Source: Alphaproteobacteria bacterium (GTDB lineage Bacteria; Pseudomonadota; Alphaproteobacteria; MPNO01; UBA830). Taken from it: DNA of 64,000 bases. The notes beneath the pieces were generated by a model, which worked only from the letters and a program-made list of their open reading frames with translations, had not been told where the DNA came from and ran no database searches. Location: NCBI GenBank assembly GCA_964291215.2, contig OZ219790.1:1600001-1664000 (forward strand), given 5' to 3'. A program made the translations under genes and the position numbers. The stretch's first letter is position 1; every line of letters begins with the position of its first letter. Shown piece by piece: positions 19,683-29,975 of this stretch.

Positions 19683-20546
19683 ATGAGTCCAGTTGTTTTC
19701 TGCGCATTCGACGACACGACCGGGACCGCATGCTACGTGGTCAGCGACCCCGCAACCGCCCGTGCCGCGATCATCGACGCGGTCCTCGACTTCGATCCGG
19801 TTTCGGGACGTACCGGAAACGTCACCGTCGAACGTTTGCTCGCCCATGTCAGCCACCGTGGCCTGACGGTCGAATGGGTCCTCGACACCCACCTTCATGC
19901 CGACCACCTTTCCGCCGCCGCGCTCCTGGGAGAAAGGTGCGGTTCAAGAACCGGAATGGGCCGCGGCCTGATCGAGGTCCGACAGAACCTCGCGCCGATG
20001 TTCGGTATCGCCGACGAAGCGGCGGACGATTCCCCGACCTGCGACGAGCTGTTCGAGGACGGCAGCACGTTTATGATCGGCACACTCGAATGCCAGGTGC
20101 TGACTACGCCGGGCCACACGCCCTCCTGCGTTACCTATGTCGTCGGCGATGCATGTTTTGTCGGCGATGTCCTGCTGATGCCGGATTCGGGCACTGCACG
20201 CTGCGACTTTCCCGGTGGCAGCGCCACGCAGCTTTTTGCCTCCGTGCAGAAGATCTTCGAGCTTCCGGACGCGACGCGCATGTTCGTCGGCCATGACTAC
20301 GGCGCGAACGGTCGTCGCGACATCGCTTGGGAGACGAGCGTCGGCGAGCAGCGCGACAGCAACATCCATGTCAGCGGCGGCACCCTCGAACACGACTTCA
20401 TCGAGATGCGGCGCGCGCGGGACGAGACCCTGGGCCTTCCGCGTCTCTTCTTCCCGGCCATCCAGGTCAACATGCGGGCCGGGAATCTGCCGCCGCCTGA
20501 TTCCGGCGGCGTAGCCCACATCCGCATTCCGCTCAACCGCATATGA
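19683..20546 (+). CDS. MBL-fold metallo-hydrolase, persulfide dioxygenase (ETHE1/Blh)-like
   Basis: THLHADHLS, TPGHTPSC, GTARCDFPGG and FVGHDY motifs. Confidence 0.88.
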   Translation: MSPVVFCAFDDTTGTACYVVSDPATARAAIIDAVLDFDPVSGRTGNVTVERLLAHVSHRGLTVEWVLDTHLHADHLSAAALLGERCGSRTGMGRGLIEVRQNLAPMFGIADEAADDSPTCDELFEDGSTFMIGTLECQVLTTPGHTPSCVTYVVGDACFVGDVLLMPDSGTARCDFPGGSATQLFASVQKIFELPDATRMFVGHDYGANGRRDIAWETSVGEQRDSNIHVSGGTLEHDFIEMRRARDETLGLPRLFFPAIQVNMRAGNLPPPDSGGVAHIRIPLNRI

Positions 20547-20571
20547 TCCGCCCGATCGAGGACAAGCCACC

Positions 20572-21498
20572 ATGACCACCGGACTATACACCCACCCGAG
20601 TTCGCTGGATCACGACACGAGCCCCGGACACCCGGAGCGGATTGAGCGGATCGCGACCGTCTACACGACCCTCGACGACGCCAGCTTCGCCGCGCTCCGC
20701 CGCAGGGAAGCGCCACCATCGTCCGTCGGCGAGCTCGGTCGGGTGCATCGGGACGACTATGTCACCCATACCCTTGAGCGGATTCCCGCTGCCGGCTTCT
20801 CCCGGCTCGATCCCGACACGGTGGTCTCGTCCGGTTCCGGCACTGCCGCCCTCCATGCCGCTGGCGCGATGATTGCCGCCGTGGACGACGTAGTCGCCGG
20901 CAACGCCGACAATGCATTCTGCGCGGTGCGGCCGCCGGGTCATCACGCCGAGGCCAGCCGCGGCATGGGGTTCTGCCTATTCAACAACGTAGCCGTGGGC
21001 GCGATGCATGCCCGTCACGTCCACGGCCTGCAGCGCGTAGCAATTGTCGATTTCGACGTGCATCACGGAAACGGCACGCAGGCGATGTTCGAGAGTGATC
21101 CGGACACGCTGTTCGCATCGACGCACCAGTACCCGCACTATCCGGGCACCGGAGCCGCCGGAGAGACCGGCGTGGGCAATGTCTTCAACGCACCGCTCGC
21201 CGCCGGCTCGGGCGGCGCCGAGTTCAGGGCGGCAATGGAAGAACGGATCCTGCCGGCGCTGCGCGGCTTCGCGCCTGCCATCGTCTTCGTTTCGGCCGGG
21301 TTCGACGCCCACTCGCGCGACCCGCTGGCGTCACTGAATTTCGAGGAAGCGGATTATGAATGGGCGACTCGCAAACTCATGGAGATCGCGGACGAGTTCT
21401 CCAGAGAGCGCCTCATATCAACCCTCGAAGGAGGCTACGACCTCGAGGCCCTGAGCAACAGTGTGCAGGCGCATGTCGGCGCGCTGATGTCCTCTTAG
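20572..21498 (+). CDS. Histone deacetylase family protein (AcuC/AphA-like)
   Basis: HPERIER, RPPGHHA, GFCLFNN, DFDVHHGNGTQ, SAGFDAH and LEGGY motifs. Confidence 0.95.
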   Translation: MTTGLYTHPSSLDHDTSPGHPERIERIATVYTTLDDASFAALRRREAPPSSVGELGRVHRDDYVTHTLERIPAAGFSRLDPDTVVSSGSGTAALHAAGAMIAAVDDVVAGNADNAFCAVRPPGHHAEASRGMGFCLFNNVAVGAMHARHVHGLQRVAIVDFDVHHGNGTQAMFESDPDTLFASTHQYPHYPGTGAAGETGVGNVFNAPLAAGSGGAEFRAAMEERILPALRGFAPAIVFVSAGFDAHSRDPLASLNFEEADYEWATRKLMEIADEFSRERLISTLEGGYDLEALSNSVQAHVGALMSS

Positions 21499-21626
21499 GA
21501 CGGCGCCAGCGGACCGGTCTGGACGGCGTGCCGGGGGCGGGCGGCCGAAAACTGACCCGAAAACGCCGGAGCGGCCCCTATGTCCGCCGTGTCGGATCCG
21601 GGCGTGACAGCCGGCACGCAGGACCG

Positions 21627-23723
21627 TCACACAGGCGCGGGAACGCCGACAAGATCCACGACCTTCGGAACCTGGCGGAGCGCCCAGTCGAGCTCCCGGC
21701 GCTCGACCTCGCCGCACTGACGCGGCGCGACCAGGTTGGAGAGCGGGATGCCCGCCTCCAGATCACGGAGTTGCTGGCGGAGAACCACTCTGAGCAGAAT
21801 TTCGTGCGCCGCGATCAGGTCACCGACAAGGTCTTCCGGCACGCTTCCCGCCTCAGCTGCAGCGCGTAGACGCGCCTCGGTCGAACGGGCGGCAATGCCG
21901 TTGGAAATGGCCAGCACCCGAGCCGCCGAGAACACCGGCATGAGGCCGGCCATCTTGAGGTCGATCCGCCCCTCCTTAAGCCGCAAGCGGCCGAACCAGC
22001 CATGCGGCTTGGCGAACTGCGCGGCATTCCCGGCCAGCAGTCGCAGGAAGGGACGGCTGGCGCGCGCCATCGTCCGCGCCTCGGCACCCAGCGCCTCGGC
22101 AAGGGAATCGTCGCCGTGAACCGGCGCGGCATCGAAGAAGATATCAGCATTGAGAATGTCTTCGGGCCGGGTACGCGCCAGCCATATTTCCACGGTGGCA
22201 CGCCAGCCATCGAGATCGTGTCTCCAGGCAGCGTTCGACGCCATGATGCCACCCGTACAGTAGCGGACACCGGCCTGGTCGAGGATATCGGCGACGCGCC
22301 GTCCAAGCGCCTCGCACCAGCGGTCGGCGTCGGAACCCGGTGACCCTTCGCGAAACACGATTGCGTTGTCCTGATCCATTGCCAGCAGGCTCTCGCCGCG
22401 CCCGCCGGAACCCAGGACCAGCATCGCATAGGGTGGCGCCTCCGTTGCGGCATGCTCGCTTTCGGCGATCTCGCATGCCCGGCGGGTAAGCGCACGCAGT
22501 TCGCGCGAGATGACCGCGGCGACAAGTCGAGCATCCACCTCCTCGTCGACCAGAGCGCGCGCGACGCCCGCGAGTTCGGACCAGACACGGCCGAGTTCCG
22601 GCGCATCGTTCGCAGATTCGATCTCGTGGCCGAGGGAGACCGAGTCGTCGGCCCGCCCGCGCAGCAGATCGCGGGCGCTCAGTACGCCGACGACAGTCCC
22701 ATCTGCGTCAACGACACCGAGGTGCCGGAAGCCGCCGGTCTTCATCGACACCAGCGCCCGGTACACCAACTCCGAGTGTCCGACAGTCCTCAGCGAACTC
22801 GAGCAGACATCGCCGACCGGATCCGCAAGCACCTGCGCGCCGCCGCGACGCAGGGCGCGCAGCACGTCGCGTTCGGTGATGATCCCGTATGGCTCTTCCG
22901 CCTCCGGTGTGACGATGAGCGAACCCACCCTTTCGTCGATCATGCGCGCGAGCGCGTCGGCAAGCGGCAGGTCGCGCACCGCGAAAACCGGCGGCGCGGT
23001 CATCAATTCGGCGACGCGATGACGGTACGGAAAGCTGTCTATGCGCGCGTACTCGGCCGGGGCGGATGACGGAATCTCACGCACCCCAAGGCCGGCGGCC
23101 TGGCTTCGCTCGCACGACCGGCGGCAGATCCTTTCCGCCTCGGCAAGAGTGGAGACGCCGCGCCCGCGCAGCTTCGGAAGAAGCGCGAGAAAGATCCGGG
23201 CCGTCAGCACCGCATCCGCAAGCGCCCGGTGCCGTCCCTCGACCGGCACGCCCAGCCAGCCAGCCAGGGTCTCGAGCGACCAGTCCGGCAGGTCCGAACC
23301 GACCGCCTGAGCCAGATCGCGCGTATCCAGTGTGCGCGGCGCCTGCCATGAGAGTCCGTGCCGCCGATGCTCGGCTTCGAGGATCGCGAGGTCGAACCCC
23401 ACCGAATGGCCGAGAAACACGGCCGGTCCGGCCCACTCCGCGAAACTCCGCATGCCGGCAACAAATCCCGGCGCGCCCGCAACTTCGCCGTCCGTAATTC
23501 CGTGAATGGCGGTGGAAGCGGGCGGAATCGGCTCTCCGGGATCGATCAGGTGGCAATTGCTGTCGCTGTCGTCGATCCTACCCGCCGCGAGCCGCACGGC
23601 ACCGATCTCGATCACGCGGTCCCGCGTCGTATCGAGGCCCGTGGTCTCGGTATCAAAAACGACGACCGTAAGCGACGCCAGTGGAAGGGCCGAAAGGCCC
23701 GGCGGAGACGGCAGGAAGCTCAT
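21627..23723 (-). CDS. Fusion: DEDDh 3'-5' exonuclease + CBS pair + DUF294 nucleotidyltransferase-like domain
   Basis: FDTETTG, HSVGFD, HRALADA; GIITERDV; LGSGGRGESLLAMDQDNA; IDLKMAG; ATGA overlap with upstream gene. Confidence 0.88.
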   Translation of the reverse strand: MSFLPSPPGLSALPLASLTVVVFDTETTGLDTTRDRVIEIGAVRLAAGRIDDSDSNCHLIDPGEPIPPASTAIHGITDGEVAGAPGFVAGMRSFAEWAGPAVFLGHSVGFDLAILEAEHRRHGLSWQAPRTLDTRDLAQAVGSDLPDWSLETLAGWLGVPVEGRHRALADAVLTARIFLALLPKLRGRGVSTLAEAERICRRSCERSQAAGLGVREIPSSAPAEYARIDSFPYRHRVAELMTAPPVFAVRDLPLADALARMIDERVGSLIVTPEAEEPYGIITERDVLRALRRGGAQVLADPVGDVCSSSLRTVGHSELVYRALVSMKTGGFRHLGVVDADGTVVGVLSARDLLRGRADDSVSLGHEIESANDAPELGRVWSELAGVARALVDEEVDARLVAAVISRELRALTRRACEIAESEHAATEAPPYAMLVLGSGGRGESLLAMDQDNAIVFREGSPGSDADRWCEALGRRVADILDQAGVRYCTGGIMASNAAWRHDLDGWRATVEIWLARTRPEDILNADIFFDAAPVHGDDSLAEALGAEARTMARASRPFLRLLAGNAAQFAKPHGWFGRLRLKEGRIDLKMAGLMPVFSAARVLAISNGIAARSTEARLRAAAEAGSVPEDLVGDLIAAHEILLRVVLRQQLRDLEAGIPLSNLVAPRQCGEVERRELDWALRQVPKVVDLVGVPAPV

Positions 23724-24376
23724 TCTGCCGAGCGCGCCGTGCGCCGCCACGCCCGGCAGACAGCGGGCCCGTCGACCCGCTTGCGGAACTGGGTTCGGAC
23801 GTCGCGCCAGCGAAAACGGATCGAATTGCTGACGATCCCGCTGTCCAACTGCTTGAACTCGTCGATGACCGGCGCGAACCGGACAAGGTCGGCGGCGCTG
23901 CCGGCAAAGGCATTCTCGCCGACGGCCGCGTCATGCCAGCGGATCCCTTCCACGCGTCCGCGGAAGTCCGCCGCCATACTCGCCGCGACCTCGTCGGGAT
24001 CCTCCCCTTCGAGAACGCGTCGCATGGCGCCGGCGAAGCAGAGGCGCGCGAGTGCCGCCGCATCATCGGCATCCAGACCGCCGTGTTCGCGAGTTACCGC
24101 TACCGTGAACACAGTCAGGTCGGCGAGCGAGGAGACGAAGACCCTGATCGCCGCCAGCCTGATGGCGCCGGCGAAGACTTCATCCTGAAACAGGTCGCGG
24201 TACCGGGTTCCCATGCGGGTCTTCAGATAGCCGTAGAGCGCGGTCTGCGCGACATAGGCGGACCGCGTCTGCACGAAATGCGTGAGCGTCTCGACGGAAT
24301 CGATCGGGCTCCGATCGAAGCGTTCGGCGAGCACCTTCAGCGGTCCGGGCAACAGGGCGGCAACGCGTTGAAGCAT
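23720..24376 (-). CDS. Hypothetical protein translationally coupled to the DUF294 fusion
   Basis: Coding-like ORF (FVQTRSAYVAQTALYGYLKTRMG); stop overlaps the next ATG. Confidence 0.7.
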   Translation of the reverse strand: MLQRVAALLPGPLKVLAERFDRSPIDSVETLTHFVQTRSAYVAQTALYGYLKTRMGTRYRDLFQDEVFAGAIRLAAIRVFVSSLADLTVFTVAVTREHGGLDADDAAALARLCFAGAMRRVLEGEDPDEVAASMAADFRGRVEGIRWHDAAVGENAFAGSAADLVRFAPVIDEFKQLDSGIVSNSIRFRWRDVRTQFRKRVDGPAVCRAWRRTARSAE

Positions 24377-25100
24377 CGGAAGACCCCATGGTCAGGCAAT
24401 CGGGATGGAAGAGCGGGCAGCCAAACCGCGCCCGCCTCCGTCGGCTGACGCCGGCCACACCGCGAACCGGTGCCAACGATGCCAGATGGTAATGGCGAAG
24501 AAAAGAGATCGGATCGCAGCCTCCGCTTGAGCTCCGTGCAGACCGGTTTCAAGGTCCGAACCGTTCGTCATCCCACCTCGAAAACGCAGAGCCAGACCGA
24601 ATCGATACCGTCTTCGCCGGCGAGGCCAGCCGATCGCTGGAGTTTGCCGACGCCCGTCGCAGGCGGGCCGCACGCGCAACATATTCGTTCGCGACACCGG
24701 ACCGGCGGCCTAGACCACGACCCGGAACCACTTGCACGAACTCGGGACATCCAGATAATAATTTCATGTATTATATGAATCAACATGTTGAGCATGATTT
24801 TTGCCGGTTTGACGGACACATCATCTTGCTGCCAGAGATGCCGCCGCCACCCGAGAATATGTCGGGCCCCGGCATTCGCGCCAGCCTGATTCGCAACCGT
24901 GTCATCGCCGCGGATGTCGAGCGCGCCTAGCCCGTGCAATCCGGCGGGTCGCGGACCGAAAGAAATTCTGTCTTGCATTTGTTAACGCAAGATCGTTAGA
25001 TATGGCTTGTCGGAGAAGTCGGCACTCCTGCAGACTATGAGACCTACACGGAGGCTGGTCGTTCGGCAAGCAAGATAATTTCAAGGCGAGGATGGGTTTA

Positions 25101-25361
25101 ATGTCTCAGAATAAATCGGAGAAGCGCAGACTCCATTGGGAGAAGACCCGGAACCTGACGATCTTGGTTCTGGTCATCTGGTTCATCTTCTCCTTCGTTG
25201 TTCATTGGTTTGCCAAGGGATTGAACGAAATGTCGTTCATCGGCTTCCCCTTCGGCTACTACCTGGCGGTCCAAGGCTCGCTCATCATTTTCGTGCTGCT
25301 GATCTTCTACCAGAACTGGCGGCAGGACAAGATCGACGACGAGTCCGGACTCGGCGAGTGA
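25101..25361 (+). CDS. DUF4212 small membrane subunit of solute symporter
   Basis: Two TM helices, GFPFGYYLAVQGS; directly upstream of the SSS gene. Confidence 0.85.
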   Translation: MSQNKSEKRRLHWEKTRNLTILVLVIWFIFSFVVHWFAKGLNEMSFIGFPFGYYLAVQGSLIIFVLLIFYQNWRQDKIDDESGLGE

Positions 25362-25374
25362 AGGGAGCGGCACC

Positions 25375-27189
25375 ATGTTCAGTTTCAAAGGCAACTTCAT
25401 CGATAACCTGCCGAAGATCTACGGGCTGTATACGGGCGGGTTCATCGTCTTCATCCTGCTCATGGCTATCCTTGAGCAGGCGGGATTGGGTGCGGATACG
25501 ATCGGCATCCTCTTCGTGGCCTTCACAATCGTCATCTATGCCGGCATCGGCTGGCTGTCACGAACCATGCAGGTCGAGGCCTACTATGTTGCGGGCCGGG
25601 AGGTGCCACCAGTCTTCAACGGCATGGCGACGGCGGCGGACTGGATGTCCGGCGCCTCCTTCGTCGCCCTTGCCGGCGGCATCTATTTCGGCGGGCATGG
25701 CTACCTGGCCTTCGTGGTCGGATGGACCGGCGGCTATGTGCTGGTAAATTCGCTGATGGCGCCGTATCTGCGGAAGTTCGGCTGCTACACGGTTCCAGAC
25801 TTCATCGGCACGCGCTACGGCGGAAACACGGCGCGCTTCGTCGCGGTCGTCATTCTGGTGGTCGCGTCTTTCACCTATGTGACGGCGCAAATCAACGCCA
25901 CCGGCACCATCGCCGCGCGCGCGCTTCAGATCCCGTTCGAGGCCGGCGTGTGGATCGGGCTCTTGGGCATTCTGCTGTGCTCGATGCTCGGCGGCATGCG
26001 GGCCGTGACCTGGACTCAGGTGGCGCAGTACATCGTGCTCATCATCGCCTATCTGGTTCCGGTGATCTGGATGTCGAACAAGCAGGGCTTCGGGGTCATT
26101 CCGCATTTTACCTACGGCGACGCAGTGGCGCGCATCGCGGAACTCGAACAGACGCTGAAGGTCGGCATGGCAGCCGCAGAACAGGTCGCCGGCGTGAAGG
26201 TTCTCACCAATCTGCACAACGCCCCCGAGGGCGGCATAGCGGCGTGGAAGTTCGTCACGCTCGCCCTCTGCATGATGGCCGGCACCGCCTCGTTGCCGCA
26301 CATTCTCATGCGTTATTTCACCACGCCGAGCGTGCGTGCGGCGCGGAAATCGGTGGCCTGGTCGCTGCTGTTCATCTTCCTGCTGTACTTCACGGCTCCG
26401 GCGCTGGCGACCCTGACCAAGCTCCAGCTCCTGGACCCGAACCTGGCTACCAGTATCATCGGCAAGGCGATTGCCGATGTGAACGCCCTCGAATGGGTGC
26501 AGAAGTGGGCCTCGGTGGGAATGCTGGCGATCAAGGACAGCAATGCCGACGGCATACTGCAGATCAACGAGTTCTTCATGCGGCCTGATATCGTCGTGCT
26601 GGCAACACCGGAAATCGCCGGCCTGCCATACGTCATCTCAGGCCTCGTCGCGGCCGGCGGAATGGCCGCGGCCATGTCGACCGCCGACGGTCTGCTGCTC
26701 GCCATCGCAAACGCGCTGAGCCACGATCTGTACTACAAGATCATTGATCCCAAGGCGGACACCCGCCACCGGCTCATAGTGGCGCGCGTTTTGCTGATCG
26801 TGATCGGCGCACTCGGCGCCCTGGTCGCAAGCATGAAGCTGACGGGCATCCTCGGCGCGGTCGCCTGGGCGTTTTGCTTCGCTTGCTCGGGACTGTTTTT
26901 TCCCCTTGTCCTCGGAATTTGGTGGCGTCGGGCGAACCGGGCCGGTGCCATAGCCGGCATGATCGCCGGTTTCATTGCGGGGTCCGCCTATCTGGCGTAC
27001 GTATACAATGGCGGTGCTCAATGGTGGGGTATTGACCATCTCCGCTTCGGGATGATCGGCATGCCGGTCAGCCTCATAGTGATGGTTGTGGTCAGTCTCA
27101 TGACCGAGGAACCGGATGAGGAAACCAAGGCCATGGTGGACGAGGTGCGCGACCCAACGGGTCAAACCATCCTCGCTTCCGAGCAATAG
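25375..27189 (+). CDS. Sodium:solute symporter, ActP/VC_2705-like (acetate/monocarboxylate uptake)
   Basis: NGMATAADWMSGASF, GTASLPHILMRYFT and AAAMSTADGLLL motifs. Confidence 0.92.
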   Translation: MFSFKGNFIDNLPKIYGLYTGGFIVFILLMAILEQAGLGADTIGILFVAFTIVIYAGIGWLSRTMQVEAYYVAGREVPPVFNGMATAADWMSGASFVALAGGIYFGGHGYLAFVVGWTGGYVLVNSLMAPYLRKFGCYTVPDFIGTRYGGNTARFVAVVILVVASFTYVTAQINATGTIAARALQIPFEAGVWIGLLGILLCSMLGGMRAVTWTQVAQYIVLIIAYLVPVIWMSNKQGFGVIPHFTYGDAVARIAELEQTLKVGMAAAEQVAGVKVLTNLHNAPEGGIAAWKFVTLALCMMAGTASLPHILMRYFTTPSVRAARKSVAWSLLFIFLLYFTAPALATLTKLQLLDPNLATSIIGKAIADVNALEWVQKWASVGMLAIKDSNADGILQINEFFMRPDIVVLATPEIAGLPYVISGLVAAGGMAAAMSTADGLLLAIANALSHDLYYKIIDPKADTRHRLIVARVLLIVIGALGALVASMKLTGILGAVAWAFCFACSGLFFPLVLGIWWRRANRAGAIAGMIAGFIAGSAYLAYVYNGGAQWWGIDHLRFGMIGMPVSLIVMVVVSLMTEEPDEETKAMVDEVRDPTGQTILASEQ

Positions 27190-27210
27190 CTGAAGTTTCC
27201 CGTTGCGTTT

Positions 27211-27246
27211 CGAGGGCGGGACCCTGTCCCGCTCTCGACTTTTTTT
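27211..27246 (+). terminator. Rho-independent terminator
   Basis: CGAGGGCGGGAC-CCT-GTCCCGCTCTCG hairpin followed by a T7 tract. Confidence 0.75.
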
Positions 27247-27400
27247 GCGGCTGACGGTTGTGTCCATGCGTCCGCAGTCCGGGACGGAAAGGCGCCCCGA
27301 CGCGCTGTAGAATCGGGCGCATTGATACGTACCATCGCCTCGCTTCGGCGAACGTCTTCCAGACAGGCGAGAAGTTGAACGGTTTTATTTCGGGGGAGAC

Positions 27401-27739
27401 ATGGCGATTCCGCTTTGGGCGATCGCGCTCGACTATCTCCTAGGCATGGTCATGTGGACGCTGATCGGGCGGTCGGCGATGAATATATTCCTGCCGGTCA
27501 CGTCAGACTTCTTTTTCATGAAGGCGTTCGTGAAGCTGACCGATCCGGTACTGCGAGTGTTCAGACCCGTCACTCCCGGTTTTCTGCTCGACGCCATCAT
27601 CCCGCTCTACGTAGCTTGGTTCTTCTACATGATCCGGTTCTACGCCATGCCCGGACTACTCGGATACTCGATCATGGGCATGTTGTCCTTCCCGCTTGAG
27701 AGCGAGATAGCGGCGGTGCTCTACCGTACCTTCAACTAG
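27401..27739 (+). CDS. YggT-like membrane protein
   Basis: Hydrophobic ORF with FVKLTDPVLRVFRPVTP; RBS GGGGAG. Confidence 0.7.
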   Translation: MAIPLWAIALDYLLGMVMWTLIGRSAMNIFLPVTSDFFFMKAFVKLTDPVLRVFRPVTPGFLLDAIIPLYVAWFFYMIRFYAMPGLLGYSIMGMLSFPLESEIAAVLYRTFN

Positions 27740-27871
27740 CCGGCAGGCTGCGAACCCCGTTTGGCACAAGGGGATTTCCGGCGACAGCGGCACGGCGAAA
27801 CGCCTTCGGCAGTCTGTCACGGCCCTTTCCATCGCCGGTCAGGAATAGATCACATCGCGTCCGGACCAAGT

Positions 27872-28010
27872 GTTTCCCACGCTGCATTCAATTTTGCTGT
27901 CTTCTGCTGTCTGGAGGTTTCACGGCGTGTCGGGTTTTCTGGCTTCGGGGCCATCCGCGGTCGTCGCCGGCGGCGTTATCGGCGCGTGGGCGGGTTGTTT
28001 TCGGGATGTG
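27872..28010. mobile_element. IS4-type element end remnant
   Basis: TTTCCCACGCTGCATTCAATTTTGCTGTC... is homologous to 49214-49555. Confidence 0.6.
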
Positions 28011-28047
28011 GGCGGCGTCCGGGAATCGGCCGGACACCATTGGCGCT

Positions 28048-29616
28048 CAGGGCTGCGACGGCTTTCCGGCGGTCGAGCCGCCGCCGTGTTTCGGCGAGGC
28101 TCTCGCGTCGGTTGGCGAAGATCACCGCGAGCGCGATGTTGTCGAGGCTGGCGCGGTTTGCGGGTCAGGCAGGCGTCCTCGCCGAAGACGCAGTCTCGAT
28201 GGTTCATGTTTTCCACGGCCCGCGGCTGCAGCAGTTCCTCTGGCGACGCGTGTTGCGCATCGAGCGAGCATCCATGTTTCTTGGCAAGGTTTTTGCGGGT
28301 GTCTGCGGTGATTTTTTCTGTGGTTGTCCACAAGCGGTGCAGTCGTTGCCGCTCGCCGCGCCGCTGGCGCTCTTTCCCGGCGGCTCGCGGTAGCATGCGG
28401 GCGATCTGCCGGGGTAGTTGATCAGGTCCTCGAGCGGCACGCGCTGCTCGAGGCGGGCCTTGCCTCCTTGAAGCGGCCATCCGTCTCCCGGTCGATGCCG
28501 TCGAAGGTTTCGGGCGCCCTTGACCGGGACGACATAGTCTGCGCCGCAGCGCCGGGTGATCAGCGTCGCCGGCGTCGTGCGGGTGATCACCTTGCCGCGG
28601 ACATCGGTGCGCTCGAGGAGGTGGCCGCCAGCTCGCCGTCGTCGAAGTTCAACAGCGCGAAGGGTGCGCCGGAGGCGTGACCACGGTCTCGTGGTGGCCG
28701 CCGCGGATGCGCTTGCCGTCGGCGGCAAGCGCCCGGGCGAGCCCGCGGCCGAGCACATCCTCGAGCGCCTCGGGATCGATCGACCGGACGACCCGGTGGA
28801 GGGTCGCCCCGGAGGGCGGCTCGCGCAGCTCCGTCCTCGGGTTCCGCCGATGGCCTCGTCCCGGGACAGCGACCGCGCAAACTGCGCAGCTGCCTTTCAT
28901 GTTCGCAAGCTCGGCGAGAACGTGAGCACACCGTGTGCTTCCTGCGTGGCGGAAGTCCTCGATCGCCGCCAGCTCGTCGTGCAGCGAACGCATCACCTCG
29001 GAACCCCGGGGAGCGAGGAGGCAGGCGGCGCCACCGCCTGCGACAGCAGCCGTCGCGCCGCACAACGAAAATCTCCTTGCCATGGGGGTCGGTGCAGCGC
29101 CCGCGGGCAAACCCCTTGGCACGCCAGCCCGCCGCCTTGTGCCCGCAAAATGCTCCGGATTGCAGAACGTCTCCGCCACAACCCAGGACGATCTTACGCT
29201 AAATTCTGTTCGATTTTTCAAGGTAGTACCTGGGTTTTGCGGGGGCGCGGGTTGGTGCGGGAATGTCGGTTCACAAGTACATCGCGTCCCGTCCGATTCA
29301 CGTCGCAGCTCCGGAAAGGTCTGTCCGAGGTTCGCGAAGCCTGAGGAGCGTCCGCTGCGTTGATGGACGACTATCTCGGGTTTCGTCGTCTGGCAGGGCT
29401 GCACCATATTGCGTCCTTCAGGGGGCAGTGGTCTGGCGGCGTGACGGGGCCTTCAAGTGCCGCGACCGGTGGCTGGAAGCCGGAGCAGCAGTGGCTTGAT
29501 CTGACAACACGCGACTGCTTGCGGCGCCGGGAACGTTTCCGAACCTTGCCTCCTTCTTTCTTGCGACGCGGCGGCTGGCCGACGACTGGGCCTGCGGCCA
29601 CCAGATGGTTGTGGCG
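28048..29616 (-). mobile_element. Degenerate ISAs1-family element (transposase plus fragment of an upstream ORF)
   Basis: CAGGGCTG terminus at 28048; fragments LAADGKRIRG, DVRGKVIT, ADYVVPVKG, IENMNHRD.VFGEDAC; many small deletions. Confidence 0.7.
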
Positions 29617-29802
29617 CAGGACTTTCCCACGCTGTGGTTGATGTTTGAATGACCGCTGAACGGGGCACAAATTTCCGCATTCTTGACAGGTTTTCCGGCT
29701 GTGGCGACCCGTGGACAGCCCTGCGGCCAGAAAACCCGGCAGGCTGCGCAACTTCTCTCCATAAGCAGTCGGCAAGATCGAATGCAGCGTGGGAAAGTCC
29801 TG
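29617..29802. mobile_element. 186-bp MITE-like element with IS4-type ends
   Basis: Perfect 18-bp inverted repeat CAGGACTTTCCCACGCTG; no TSD. Confidence 0.6.
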
Positions 29803-29890
29803 GAGCGTGGGACAGGCTCATGCGGTTCCGCATCAGGGTCGCGAGATCGTCGAGCAGCGTGTAGAAGCTGTGCACCGAGAACCGGCGGCA
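29803..29890 (-). mobile_element. IS1634-type transposase C-terminal scrap
   Basis: VHSFYTLLDDLATLMRN motif. Confidence 0.45.
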
Positions 29891-29975
29891 TCCGCAGAGT
29901 TTCAAGGAAAATCTTGGCGCCAAGGCGCCAAGCCATGGTATTCTCGGGCCGACAAACAACGGAAGACGTGAAATC

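Noticed and set aside
24377-25100. Possible sRNA or riboswitch in the long intergenic region
   Set aside because: AT-rich promoter-like patches only; no recognisable conserved RNA motif by eye.
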